Assembly: GCA_965112735.1 (NCBI GenBank)
Contig: OZ218954.1
Location: 868,001 to 932,000, forward strand
Length of the DNA stretch: 64,000 nt
Direction of reading: 5' to 3'
Source: Phaeosaccion multiseriatum
Lineage: Eukaryota; Protista; Ochrophyta, other classes
Below are positions 25,402 to 42,171 of the stretch, one piece after another (positions within the stretch are counted from its first letter, which is position 1; each line of letters starts with the position of its first letter). Under the pieces are notes generated by a model. That model ran no database searches. It had not been told where the DNA came from and was given only the letters and a program-made list of their open reading frames with translations. A program made the position numbers and the translations under genes.

Positions 25402-25803
25402 AAGCCACACACTCTTCATCCAAGTACTACGAAGCAAGTCATTAAAAGCCACACACTCTTCATCCAAGTACTACGAAGCAAGTCATTAAAAGCCACACAC
25501 TCTTCATCCAAGTACTACGAAGCAAGTCATTAAAAGCCACACTCTTCATCCAAGTACTACGAAGCAAGTCATTAAAAGCCACACACTCTTCATCCAAGTA
25601 CTACGAAGGAAGTCATTAAAAGCCACACACTCTTCATCCAAGTACTACGAAGCAAGTCATTAAAAGCCACACACTCTTCATCCAAGTACTACGAAGCAAG
25701 TCATTAAAAGCCACACTCTTCATCCAAGTACTACGAAGCAAGTCATTAAAAGCCACACACTCTTCATCCAAGTACTACGAAGGAAGTCATTTAAAAGCCA
25801 CAC
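25402..25803. repeat. 44-bp minisatellite, 9 copies, with higher-order structure
   Basis: Unit AAGCCACACACTCTTCATCCAAGTACTACGAAGCAAGTCATTAA. Copies 4 and 8 are 42 bp; copies 5 and 9 carry GAAGG. Confidence 0.95.
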
Positions 25804-26295
25804 CCTGCGTCCAAGCAATTCATTAGCTTCTTCCTCATCATACACTTCACTCTCCAACCAGTCTTCTTTGCATTTCTGCAGACGATCCTCCCAGTATACG
25901 CGTTGAATCCACCCTTCCTATCGCCTCCTTCCCCCCCCACCCCCCCCCCTACTTTTAGTATCCACCCATACGTATGGGCGCCTTCTTGCCACAGTGGTTC
26001 CTCCGCCTCCTCTGATTCCCCCCTATTCCCTACATCCCCCCTTCCGTAAGGACACATCTCGGCCCTTCTCTCTATGCCCCCGAGGAGCTCATCCGCTTGT
26101 TGCTAGAGAGGTGGATCAGGCGGCTTTGGACATCGTCCACCTTGGCCGAAAGAGACTGATAGGAGAGGAGGAGGAGGAGGAGGAGGAGGAGGAGGAGAAG
26201 GAGGAGGAGGCAGGTTGAGGCGCCATGCAAGCCTGGTAGGCAGGCCAAAACGGGGTCTGAAAAGAATAGAAGTGCATCAGAGAATAGTGTTCGCA

Positions 26296-28662
26296 TCACT
26301 TCTTTTTCTCCTCCCTCCCTCCCTCCCTCTGTATCACCAACTCCCTCACCTGCATGGCCGCCATCACATCCTCCACCTGAAGGCCCACGAGCTCCTCAAC
26401 GAAGCAATCTCCTCCCTTATGCCTCAGCTCCTCCTCCGCAAAGCCCTCACTCACCCACTCCACGGTGAGAGTATTCCCCTCCTCCGCCCCCCCCTGCACC
26501 CGTCGGAGAGCGATGTGCGACAAACGAGGGTCGTACTTGCACACCATCTTTCGCACTTGAAGGTAAGACTGACATGCCGCGGAGGCAAGCTTCTTCTCCT
26601 CCTCCTCCTCCTCCTCCTCCTCTCCCTCCTCGCCTTGCTCCTCCTCCTCCTCCTCCTCCTTCTTCTTCTTCTTCCCTCCCTCGTGCCCCTTCTCCTCCTT
26701 GTCGTCCTTCTTGTGCTGCTTCTCCTTCCTCTCTCTCTCCTTCTCCTTTTCAGCCTCCCTTTTCCTCTCCGCCGAGGTTTTCTTGTCGGAGCTGCTGGAA
26801 CCAGACCCCGAGCCCGAAGACCCCGAACGCGAACCCGTTCGCAAATGGCTGGTGCTCATGCTGTGGAGTAACAACTCGCTCACTTCCGGCGAAATGTAAC
26901 GCTCGAACGCAGCGTGCACCAGAGAGACCACCTCGGGGGCGAGGAGTGACGTCACCATCGAAATCACCCCATCGATGGCATTGACCTGCCTCTCGCGGTA
27001 GGCCTCGAACGACGAGCCGGAGTCTGCCGCACCACCGCCTCCTCTCCCCTCGGAGGATGAGCCATCGCTGGCGCTCTCTTTTGAAGCTTCCTTACCACCC
27101 CTTCCTCCTTCTCCTCCTCCTCCTCCTCCTCCTCCTCCTCCTCCTCCTCCTCCTCCTCCTCCTCCTCCCCCTCCTCCTCGTTTTCCTCCTTCGTTACTCC
27201 CATGAGCAGTCGCATGAGCAGCAGCACCAGAGGAGTCAGTGGTGGTGGCCGCGAGTGGCAGATTCTCCAAGACCCCACTGCTCGCGGCGGCCCGGAGCAC
27301 AAGAGCGGAGAGCAGCGCCGCGAGACCAATATCCTTGGCCCACCCCTGAGACAGTCTGACGCGGTAGCCTTGCTTGTCTTCTCCGCACGGTACGTACTTG
27401 AGTGTCAAGGGGCACACGAAGCCGATTCGAACCGCCCCTGACAGCCATCGCTCCACGCTCGCTCTCCCCCCACCACCTTCTCCTCCTCCTCCTTCTCCTC
27501 CTCCGCTTCCTCCTCCTCCTCCTCCTCCTCCTCCTCCTCCTCCTCCTCCTCCTCCTCCTCCTCCTCCTCCTCCTCCTCCTCCTCCTCCTCCTCCTCCTCC
27601 TCCTCCTCCTCCTCCTCCTCCTCCTCCTCCTCCTCCTCCTCCTCCTCCTCCTCCTCCACTCGATTTTGCCACCTGAGCTCTGCGACTGGGGCTCTTGGCA
27701 ACGTTGTCGGGTGACAACCAAAGCAGCCGAGGGGCATCGACCACGGCGGCGTCGAACACGAGACGACGTAGCACCAACAGGGGAGGCATGGCAGCGGATA
27801 CAACCACCGATCGTCGCATGGCAACGGCCGTCGGGTGGAGAGCCAACCGGCCTATCGTGGCGGTTGGGACTAGTCCTAGGGTTGGTTGTTTGTGCCCCAC
27901 AGTTGTCGACAACGATACCCCCCCTCGGGCGGATGACGAGGATGAGGATGCGGCGGCAAGTGCCATGGGCCCAGGCCCTCCGTTGGAGGAGAGCATCCAC
28001 GAGTCGTGCCGGCGAACGGGGACCGATATGCCTCTACGATGGGTTGAGGAGGAGGAGTCCGACGAGGATGTCTTGTTTGGGTCCTGCTCCTCCCAATACA
28101 CGCCTCGCATGCTGATTGAGCCGTTACGCGCGAGAGAGGAGGCGTAGTCGAGCTCTTGTTGGACTTGGGTAGACTTTTGGGCCTCTGTGGAGCTGCATAG
28201 GAAGAAGATACTGGTGGGTGAAGTATGTCAAGGGTTATGGGTGTGTGGGTAGGTGGGTGGGTGGGTGGGTGTAGGCGGATGTGTGTGTGGGTGGGTTGGG
28301 GTATGTGTGTGTGTGTTCGTGTGGGTGGGGATGGGCGGGTGAGGGGGGTGGGGTGAGAGGGGGAACGTTATTGACTGTTACAGAAATCAACCGAAGAATT
28401 ACGTTTGTATGTGTTTGTGTGTAGAGTAGGGAAGAAGAAAGGCAGGCAGAGGGGTGGTTTAGGTGAGGGTTATCGTGTGTGGAGCGGGCTTCAGATGGCA
28501 ATCAATGCCATGTCCTGCGCACACACGCACACACGCACACATGTCACACACCTGCTCTCGCGAATGGCCTCCTTCACCCTGTCAGGGCAGGAGGCGCTGC
28601 TTCCACTGCCATCCTTCCCCTTCTGCGGTTCGATGTTGGGTCGTTCCACCTGGGTAGATTGT

Positions 28663-28759
<97 letters not shown>

Positions 28760-31700
28760 TGTTTGTGTTTGCGTGTGTGTATGGATGTGTGTTTGCGTGT
28801 AAGGAGGTGGGTATGGGTGGGTGAGCGTACAAAAGAGGAACGAGAAGGAGAATGGTGGATGGGGAAGCTCAGTACAAAACGTACTTCGAATAAAAAAAGA
28901 ACGACACGCATCCACCCAGCCACCCCACCCCACCCACCCACTCACCCACTCACCCACCCACTCACCCACCGACCCCCACCCACCCACCCACCCACCCACC
29001 ACCAACCCCCACCCACCCCTGTATCACCAACGCTCCCACACCTTGAGGAAGTGCACGGCGTCCAACAGCGCAAAACTCCCCCGGAGTATGGGCTCGTCCC
29101 TGGGCGCAAAGCTGAGGAAGATGGCATCAAACATGTAGGAAACAGGCCCCAGTCGAGGGCGACACTTATCGTCCACTGTAGATGGAGCATACTGGTGGTG
29201 GTGGTGCCTTTCGTTGGACTCTGTATCAGCTTCGTGGCCTCGTCGCCTTGCTTCTTCGCGGTCGAGGCTTCGTTGATGGGACGATCTGGCACCGCTTCCG
29301 CTGCGCTGTCTTTCCCCCCTTCCTCTCTCTCCTCCTCCTCCTCCTCCTCCTCCTCCTCCTCCTCCTGCTCCTGCTGCTGCGGCTGCTGCTCCTTCTCCCC
29401 CTCCTTCTTCTCGTCCTCCTCTCCCTCCCCCCCCTCCTCCTCTGGCTGTTGCGGTGGATGGGGTGGACGTGGTTGCTGTCGCCCCCCCTGCTGACTTGGG
29501 CTCAATGACGTTGAACTCCAGCATCACCTTACGTATGAAGGGTATCGTACATCCGCATTTATGTCAGTGAAGCGTATGATAGTGATATGGGGGGGGGCAC
29601 AAGTGGATACGAACACAGCCAAACTTTCCCGCTCTTACTGCTCTTATCGAGTTGAAGTATTGAAGTACATACTAATTACGGAATCACAACGTACCTGTCC
29701 GACCATCGTCACGCCGACGTACACGTCCAAACTGCCCACGATTTCTGTAACGGCGTTTGCAGTTGGCGGCGACGCAAAGTGAAACTCCACCTCGTGAAGA
29801 TCTCTGCACCAGGTGAGGCGAAGGTCAGAGGGGTTCACGGGGCAGGCCACAGGGAAGCGGGGGACTATCTGTGGATGTGACGATGGGGGGGGGGGGGGGG
29901 AGGGAGAGACAGAGGGAGGGAGGGAAGGAGGGAGGGAAGGAGGGAGGGAGGGAGTGAGTGAGGAAGGGAGGAAGAAGAAGGAGAAGAAGAAGAAGAAGAA
30001 GAAGAAGAAGAAGAAGAAGAAGAAGAAGAACAAGAAGAAGAAGAACAAGAAGGAGAAGAAGAAGAAGAAGAAGAAGAAGAAGAAGAAGAAGAAGAAGAAG
30101 AAGAAGAAGAAGAAGAAGAAGAAGGAGAAGGAGGAGGAGGAGGAGGAGGAGGAGGAGGAGGAGGAGGAGGAGGAGGAGGAGGAGGAGGAGGGAGGGAGAG
30201 AGGGAGGGGAGGAGAGAGGGAGGGAGAGAGGGAGGGAGAAAGAGAGGGGGCGTGTGTAGAGGGAGGGAGAGAGGGAGGGAGAAAGAGAGGGGGCGTGTGT
30301 AGATGTGCTCAGGAATGTGTGTGAGAAAGAGTGAGAGAGAGAGTGAGAGAAACGGGAAGACCTTTCAGAACCATGACCGAACAAGTGCGAATATCAAGGC
30401 AGGAGAGTGAGCGTGTGAGAGAGACAGACAGGAAGTGACATTGAGAGAGACATTGAGAGAGATACAGAGATGCACACACACGCACACACAAAGCGAGAGA
30501 GCTCCTCTTGCTTCCTGGCCGCCACAGGCTGCCATCCATTGGCTCTCCACTCACCGTCAGAACTGTGCCAGCCTCGATGGCCCTCTCCGCGTCCTGCACC
30601 TTATCCGCGTGGCTGTATGACCACTTGCTGTGGTTGTGGTTGTGGCTGTGTCTGTGACCGTGGCCGTGGCTGCCTGCCCCCTCTTTACCAACCCTACCGC
30701 TACCGCCACCCTCTCCACCCTCTCCACCACCCTCATCACCACCAATACCATCACGGCTGCCATCTCTGTCCTCCCACGCCGTCGAGATGGCCGACATGGC
30801 CGTGGGCTCAGACATATAGAGCACCGCCTTGTACCACTTGCCTCCCCCCACGATGCTTTTCGGGTAGGCCACTCGCATCGCCACCCTCCCATTGTGGGGC
30901 GGCGCGGCAGAAGCGAAGTCGTTGTCTTGGTGGTGGCGGTGGTGGTGGTGGTGGTGGTGGTGGTGGTGGTGTGAGCGGCTGCCGATGGTAGAGGTGGACG
31001 TGCGATCTACCCTCTCACCCGAAGGTTCACCTCTCCCCTCCCCAACACTGCCACCGTGTCCGCCAGAGCTTGTCCCTCCCCCACCTCCTCTCTGTTGCTG
31101 CCGGTTGCCGCTAGTCGAAGAGTTGGCAGCAGTGCCGGTGTTGGTACCTTCCTCCCCTCCTCTGCTTCTGCTTCTGCTTCTGCTTCTGCTTCTGCTTCTG
31201 CTCCTACTCCTGCTGGCGCTATTCCTTCTGCTTCTGCTGGGGCCATCAACAGCGGCACCGTCGACTGTGCTGGCGTCCTCATTGGCTTCGTCGTCGGCAT
31301 TCGGATCGTTTGCCCCCTCGTTCTCCTCCCACTCCTCGTCTTCCTCCTCCTCCTCTTCCGCATCGTCCTCTGCCTCCGCTTCAGGCTCAAGGTTGTCGAC
31401 ACCCGTCCCCAGCACCTCTTCAGGCTTCTTGCCCTGATCGTTGAGGGCTTCGGGATCAGCACCGGCAGCAAGGAGCTGCTCGACTACCTCTGTGGCCTTG
31501 CTCCTGCCACACAGCAAGAGAAGCAAAAGCGCGAGCGAAAGAAGGAAGGATGTAAGGTGAAACTTTGTATCAAGTGTCAAGCAATGAGAGTGGTGGCCGG
31601 TGTCGAAGAGCGGAAGCACACAATTTGCCGCGATAGAGATGGAGGGAATGGGGGTGGTTGGGGGGGGGTTCGAGGAAGATACGGAGCGAAGGAGGGACGG

Positions 31701-32610
31701 AGGGGAGGATACCCCATCGGCAGCAGCAGCAACAAATAAGGCTTCCTCCACACCCATACACATACCTATAGGCCCAGTGCAGAGCTGTGTCGCCGTTACC
31801 GGACCTAAGCGTAAGGTCAGGCTTGCTGTGCTTGAGAAGGACGGCCATGAGGTTAATCTGGTAGTTGCGGGCAGCGACGTGGACTGGGGTGTAGCCGTCC
31901 AGCTTTCGCTGGTGGTTTACGTTCGCACCTGAAGGACGCGGGGCGAGAGACGACAGGAAGGAGGGAAGAGAGAGGGAAGGCCGGGAAGGAAGACAGGACG
32001 GGAAGGAAGCAGCGCCTTTAGTCGACATTTCCCTCTCTCTTCCCTGAAGGCCTGAAGAGCAAGCGCTGTTGGGATGCAAAGCCTGACTTCATGGTTGTGG
32101 AGCCTTCGTTGCTCATGTCTTTCTCACCTGCAGCGAGGAGCTTGATTGAAATCTCCCCATGGGCCCAGAAGGCTGCGAGGGACAAAGAAGCAGATCAGAT
32201 TAGGGGATAGATCATACGATGTTTGTGCGTTCTGTGCTACTGTAGTAGGGAGAATGAGATAGAGGGGGCGAAAGGCGGAAGAAGGGCCTGTATAGATGGA
32301 TGAAAGTGATCGAAGGAATAGGTAGGGATCGAGAGGGAGATAAAGGCGGAGGGGGTGGGAGATATGTATAAAGAGGAAGAGGCACGGAGAGACAGAGAGC
32401 GAGCGACGCAGGGGCGGAGAGAGATGGAGAGAGGTACAAAGAGACGACTACGCCCCCCCTGACCCCCCTACCAACACGCTAACCTGCGTGGAAGAGGGGC
32501 GTGGATCCGTCCTCGTCCTCCTCCTCGAGATCCCTGCCCGCCTTGATGTACCGTGCCACGTCATTGGCGTCGCCAATCATGGTGGACAGCGCAATGTCAA
32601 CATCCGCCAT
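26296..32610 (-). CDS. Ankyrin-repeat + beta-rich module + TIR domain + conserved C-terminal domain protein (about 8 exons)
   Basis: Ankyrin repeats: 'DGSTPLFHAAFWAH', 'GANVNHQRKLDGYTPVHVAARN', 'NGDTALHWAYR', 'LLAAGADPEALNDQGKKPEE'. TIR spliced from three exons: 'FDAIFLSFAPRDEPILR...LK|VERPNIEP...DRVKEAIRES|SIFFLCSSTEAQKSTQVQQELDYASSL...MRGVYWE'. The C-terminal exon runs to the stop at 26296. Confidence 0.8.
27479..27657. repeat. (CCT)n exonic microsatellite encoding poly-Gly in the ankyrin-TIR gene
   Basis: In frame within ORF 26296..28110. Confidence 0.9.
29970..30190. repeat. (GAA)n/(GAG)n microsatellite, intronic
   Basis: Read directly; it is a polypyrimidine tract on the gene's sense strand. 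Confidence 0.95.
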
Positions 32611-33398
32611 GGTTGCCGCTTTTCCTTTCTAACGCTTTTTGTTCTCTCTCCCTCCTGTTCCCTCCTGTTCCCTCCTGTGCCCTCCTGTTCCCTCCTGTTC
32701 CCTCCTGCTCCCTCCTGCTCCCTCCCTCCGCCCCTCCTTCTCTTTCTTCTCCTCTCTCTCTGTATCTCTCTGTATCTCTCTGAATCTCCCTGCTCTCTAT
32801 TCTCTCCCTCTACTCTTTCCCAATCCCCTCCCTCCCCCCCTTCTCTTTCTTCTCCTCTCTCTCTCTCTGTATCTCTCTGTATCTCTCTGAATCTCCCTGC
32901 TCTCTATTCTCTCCCTCTACTCTTTCCAATTTTGACCTCCACTCTGTTCTCGGGGCAATCCATCCGAAATTCCGAAACGTTCACTTTCCTTTTTATCCAG
33001 CGAGGCTTCCAGTTGCACCCTCTGGGGCAATAAACAATCGTTATCGGGGGAACGCCTTGGTTGAATGGTATGGGCGGTTGGGGTGTAAAGCGGTGTCGCT
33101 GTGAGATGGGCCATTTCACAGCGAGGGCACAAAGATCCGCACCAATAGAGAAGCGACTCGTTCTTTCAAGGGCGAAAGGCACGCCGCATAGCATCAGCAG
33201 CAGCAGTAGAAGAAGTGGGTGATACAGAAGCAGCAGCATCAACATCAGCAGTATCAGCAGCAGAAGCAGCGAGGTTTTCGAGGAGGGGCGGAGGAAACAG
33301 AGCAACAACTCGGAAGGAGGGAGGACTGGGGAGGCGGCAGGAGCACCTGCAGCAGCACGTGCAGCAGCAGCAAGAGAAGAAGAAGCAGGAGCAGCAGG

Positions 33399-37777
<4,379 letters not shown>

Positions 37778-38895
37778 ATGGTACTAGATGGTGCAGTAGA
37801 TGGGCGCGAGGTGGAGGGGCGTCTAGAGTGGATGGCACTGGATGGATCGGACTCCGGATTGGATGGCACTAAAGGGCAATTGAGATGGTTTGTGTGGTGG
37901 TGCTGTTGCTTATTGTATCAAGTATGCGCTCTTTTTAGTTAGCTTAAATGAACTGAAAGCAGTCACAGCATCAGTTTGTGGTCTTGCGCTCAAGTACGTA
38001 AAGGGTGATTTAGCCGAAAGTAGTACCTGTACTTCGTAGTAGGGTTTTAGGGTTTCCGGGCAGGTGTATTGTGGAGCGCACAACTATTTGTAGCCTACAT
38101 GGAAAGTGAGTGCTGCTTTATATGTAATACTCAATGGTTATTCTATGTTGTTTTGTGCTTTCCCCCTCCCCCCTTGCGAAAGGGGGGTCCTTTCAGTCGA
38201 TTTCAGCAGCGGACGCCGTAACAGCAAGGTAAAATGGACTGTGTTATAATAAGAAGCTGATGAAGAGTCCTTCTTAACCCCTCAAAGGGAGAAAGGATGG
38301 GACTGATAAGCATGAAATTTTCCTATCATGAGTGACTTATCTTCCGTCGAAGCTCCAAGACCTTAAGGGGGAAGTGTGGGTGCGTGCGTGCGCGTTTCAC
38401 CAACAAAGGATGCGTGTGGTTTCCGATAGCGACAACATGCGGAGGAGGAGCGCAGCGGCGGAGGGTGGTGGGGGAGGTCGGAGGGGAGGAGGGACCCACT
38501 ACGACCCTACGCGGAGGAGGAGGGAGGGAGAGCTGCTAGGAGGGGTTAGGCTGTGTGGTTCTCCGACGATTGTGGTACAACTGTAGCGGGGGGGGCGTTG
38601 GACAGAGCCTTTCATCTGAAGGCGCTTGTCAAGTATAGACTCCGCGACTCTGCTCCTTTTGGAGTGAATTACCGAGCGGTCGTCAACGTAGTAGTAGCTC
38701 GCCAAGGGGGGGGGGGAGGAGAAAAGGGGGAATGAAGTAATGAAGTTCGCGGTATGGGCAGGCAGTTGTGAATGTTTTGGAGAACCACTTTTGAAACTGT
38801 AATTTGGTCATTTTTGGGCTTCTTGTCCCTGCCAAGTGCATGTAGACAAAGAAGATGGAGTGAAGCGTGGAGGGGGAAGCAAGGCGTGGAGCAAG

Positions 38896-41800
38896 ATGCT
38901 GAGCTGCAGCCGGCCTATTGGGGGAGGACGGGTACCTCAGGATGAGGAAGGAGTTGCTCACACGCGATCAACAGCACCACTCTCGGCGGGGCGACGGCGA
39001 AGAAGGAGAGAAGCAGGGCCCCACTCAATAACCAGCTCTGGACTTGGAGTTGTCGAAGATGGAGGAGGAGGAGGGGGAGGAGGCAGTAGTGGAGACGGCA
39101 GAGGGCGGCTCGGACGAGCCGCCACTGCCGTAGCCGGAGGACCCAATCATGGGTGGGAGAACAGCGGTGTAGAAGAGGACATTGATGGCACTTCTTCTAG
39201 TGAGAGGGAGGGAGGGACGGAAAGAGACAGAGTAGAGCGCGAGAGAGACAGAGAGAGTGGTACTATTGCCTCCGGTGATGGTGCCGCTGCTGGTGATTCA
39301 CCTTCTGCGGCGGCTGCCCTCGTCGGAAAGAGCTGGGCTTTTCCGGAGGAGGAGGTCAAAGTCATGACAGGTTTGTGTGTGTGTGCATGTGTCCACAAAC
39401 GAAATCGATTCATCGTGTTGGATTTGTGACCCTCTCTGCTCGGATACTGCTTCGCCTCACAAGATCAACCAATCAACGTGTCGCTCTTCACATGATCGCA
39501 AACCCTGGTCGACGCACAAGAAGGAAAAAGACTTGGAGCAATTGTCATTGGGCACTAAAGACACTCCTCCTTCCCCTCACTCCCTCCCTCCCTCTAGGCG
39601 GTGAGTCGAACGTCCTTGGTCGAGGAAGCTATGGTGAGGTCAGACTTATCATCTGGAGGGGCGTGAAGGTCGCTTTAAAGACGCCTCATGCTCTCCGAGA
39701 GGCGCAGGAGGAGGAGCAGCTTCGACGAGAGGTGCAGCAGCAGCAGCAACGGCGGCAAGAGCGGCACCAGCAGAGACAGAGATACAGACAGGGAGGAGGA
39801 GGAGGAGGAGGAGGAGGAGGAGGAGGAGGAGGAGGAGGAGGAGGAGGAGGAGGAGGAGGAGGAGGAGGAGGAGGAGGAGGAGGAGGAGGAGGAGGAGGAG
39901 GAGGAGGAGGAGGAGGAGGAGGAGGAGGAGGAGGAGGAGGAGGAGGAGGAGGAGGAGGAGGAGGAGGAGGAGGAGGAGGAGGAGGAGTTAGGTTAAGATG
40001 GCAGGATGGCAGTGTCCCACAGTCAAGTGACAGTAATGACAGCATCTGTCGGCTTGAGAGAGTTCGTGCCGATTTCATCCGAGAGATGCATGTGCTGGCG
40101 GAGGTAAGTGAAGTATAGAGGGAGGGGGAGGGAGTTGGTGATACAGAGGGAGGAAAAGAAGGAGGGGGAGGGAGGGAGGGAGGTAAGTGAAGTATAGAGG
40201 GAGGGGGGGGAGGGAGGGAGGGAGGGAGGGAGAGAGGGAGGGAAGAGACGGAGAAGTGAGTGAGTGAGTGAGTGAGTGAGTGAGTGAGTGAGTGAGTGAG
40301 GGAGGGGGAGGGAGGGAGGGAGGAAGGGAGGGAGGGAGGGACCTCTTCTCGACCCCTAGTGGAGCCACATTCCCGCAACACCTTTGCCTTCTCTCCCCAC
40401 ATTCCCGCAACATCTTTGCCTTCTCTCCCCTGCCACTTCCTCCCCACTGCCTCCTTACGTTCTGCCCTCTTCGCCCCCTAGGTGAGGCACCCTAACCTGC
40501 TGCTCTTCATTGGGGTAACGTACGACCCAATCTCTCTGGAGCCGCGCGGCATGGTCACTGAGTACATGCCCTACAGGTGGGTGGGTTTGTGTGTGCGTGC
40601 GTGCGGCCTGCGTGTGCGTGTGAGCGTGTGCTTGCATTTTCCACGTCAATGAGTGATAATGAAGCATTGTGTTCCCCACTTTCCCCTGGTTAGACCGACA
40701 TCAATGAACGATATCTCATTTTTCTTTGCGTATGTAAGTACTTGCGTATCTGTATCCCCATTCTTCGATGTGCCGAACTACTCTCTCTCTCACACACACT
40801 CTGTCCCTATGTCTGTCTATATCTATACCGTCCTACATGCCTCCATCTATCTATGCCGGCCCATATGCCTCCAGCCTGTACGACTTGCTGGAGGTGCGTC
40901 GTCTCCGCCTGACGCCGTCGGAGCAGCTTGACATTGCCTGTGACGTCACAGCAGCACTGGTGCACCTTCACACGCAGAGGCCCGTTCCCATCACACACAA
41001 GAGCGTCAGCTGCAAGAACGTGCTCTACGATGGAAGGGTGAGGGATGGCAGTGGATGGGGGGTGGGAGAGGAGGGGAGGAGGAGCTGTGAACTGAACCAA
41101 GCAAGAGATGAGGGGGTGATGCCGCCGCCGTTGTGAAACACGGAATATCCTTCTCCCCTCCCCTCCCCTCTTCTCTCCTCCCATCCCTCTCTCCCCTTCC
41201 ACTGCGTTACCCCCCCCCCTCCCTTCAGGTCGCGAAGCTTGCTGGTGTGGGGTTTGCCCATGGCATTACACACGAGAGAGAGAGGGCTTCATCCGCTTCC
41301 CACCTTCCCTTGGGGGGGGCACGAGGCCCAAGTACCCTTGCTCTTTCCACCACCACCATCACGTCAGCAGCAGCAGCAGCAGCAGTTGGTGATACAGCAG
41401 CATCAGCTACAGCAATGGGTGATACGGCCAGTAGCACAGCCAACGCTAGCGGCGCCACCAATAGCGAAGCGGCCGTCGAAGGCAGCGAGGGCAGCGAGGG
41501 TAAGGAGGACAACAGCAGCCCCACCTCTGCTGCGGTTGTATCACCAACTGCTGACTCCCCTGCCGCTGAGAGAGCCGATACCACCACCAGCGACAACAAT
41601 GACAGCAGCAGCAGTAGCACCACCACCACACGTCAATTCTTCCCTACCCCATCCACTCCTTCTACGACTCCGACGCCTCCCCCCCTGCTGCTGCCCGGAG
41701 TTACAATGGTGTACGCTGCTCCTGAGGTCCTTGTGGCAGGGCGGCAGAGCCCGGAAGTGGACGTGTTCAGCCTCGGAGTACTGCTTTCACAGATGGCGGC

Positions 41801-42131
41801 TGGAGAGTACCCCAGGTGGGTTGTCCGTTTCAGTTTCAGTTTCAGTTTCAGTTTTGATTCTATCAACCCAACCCCCTCCCACCCACCCACCCAATAGACT
41901 CGACAAACGAAAGGAGCAGGTGGAGCGGGCGGGGCAGAGGTTTCCCCGGTTGGCATCTCTCATCATCCGCTGTCTCCACCTTTACGCTGAGGATCGCCCG
42001 ACAGCAACAGAGGCTCAGCGCTATCTGGAGGGACTCCGAGCTGATAGGATGGTGTACACGCCGCCCCAGTACAGGGAAGGTGTCGTTTCAAGCCGGCTCA
42101 TCGGGTACGTGGGTGGGTGATAAAGTCAATG

Positions 42132-42171
<40 letters not shown>

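Noticed and set aside
25402-25803. CRISPR-like appearance of the 44-bp repeat
   Set aside because: The units are contiguous with no unique spacers, there are no cas genes, and the context is eukaryotic.
32640-32930. Local ~107-bp duplication of a CT-rich block upstream of the ankyrin-TIR gene
   Set aside because: Consistent with ordinary slippage in low-complexity DNA.
38040-38056. TAGGGTTTTAGGGTTT telomere-like or telo-box sequence
   Set aside because: Only two units, which is too short to call.
41828-41855. AGTTTCAGTTTC matches the vertebrate interferon-response element consensus
   Set aside because: Nothing suggests an animal genome. The tract is reported only as an unexplained repeat.
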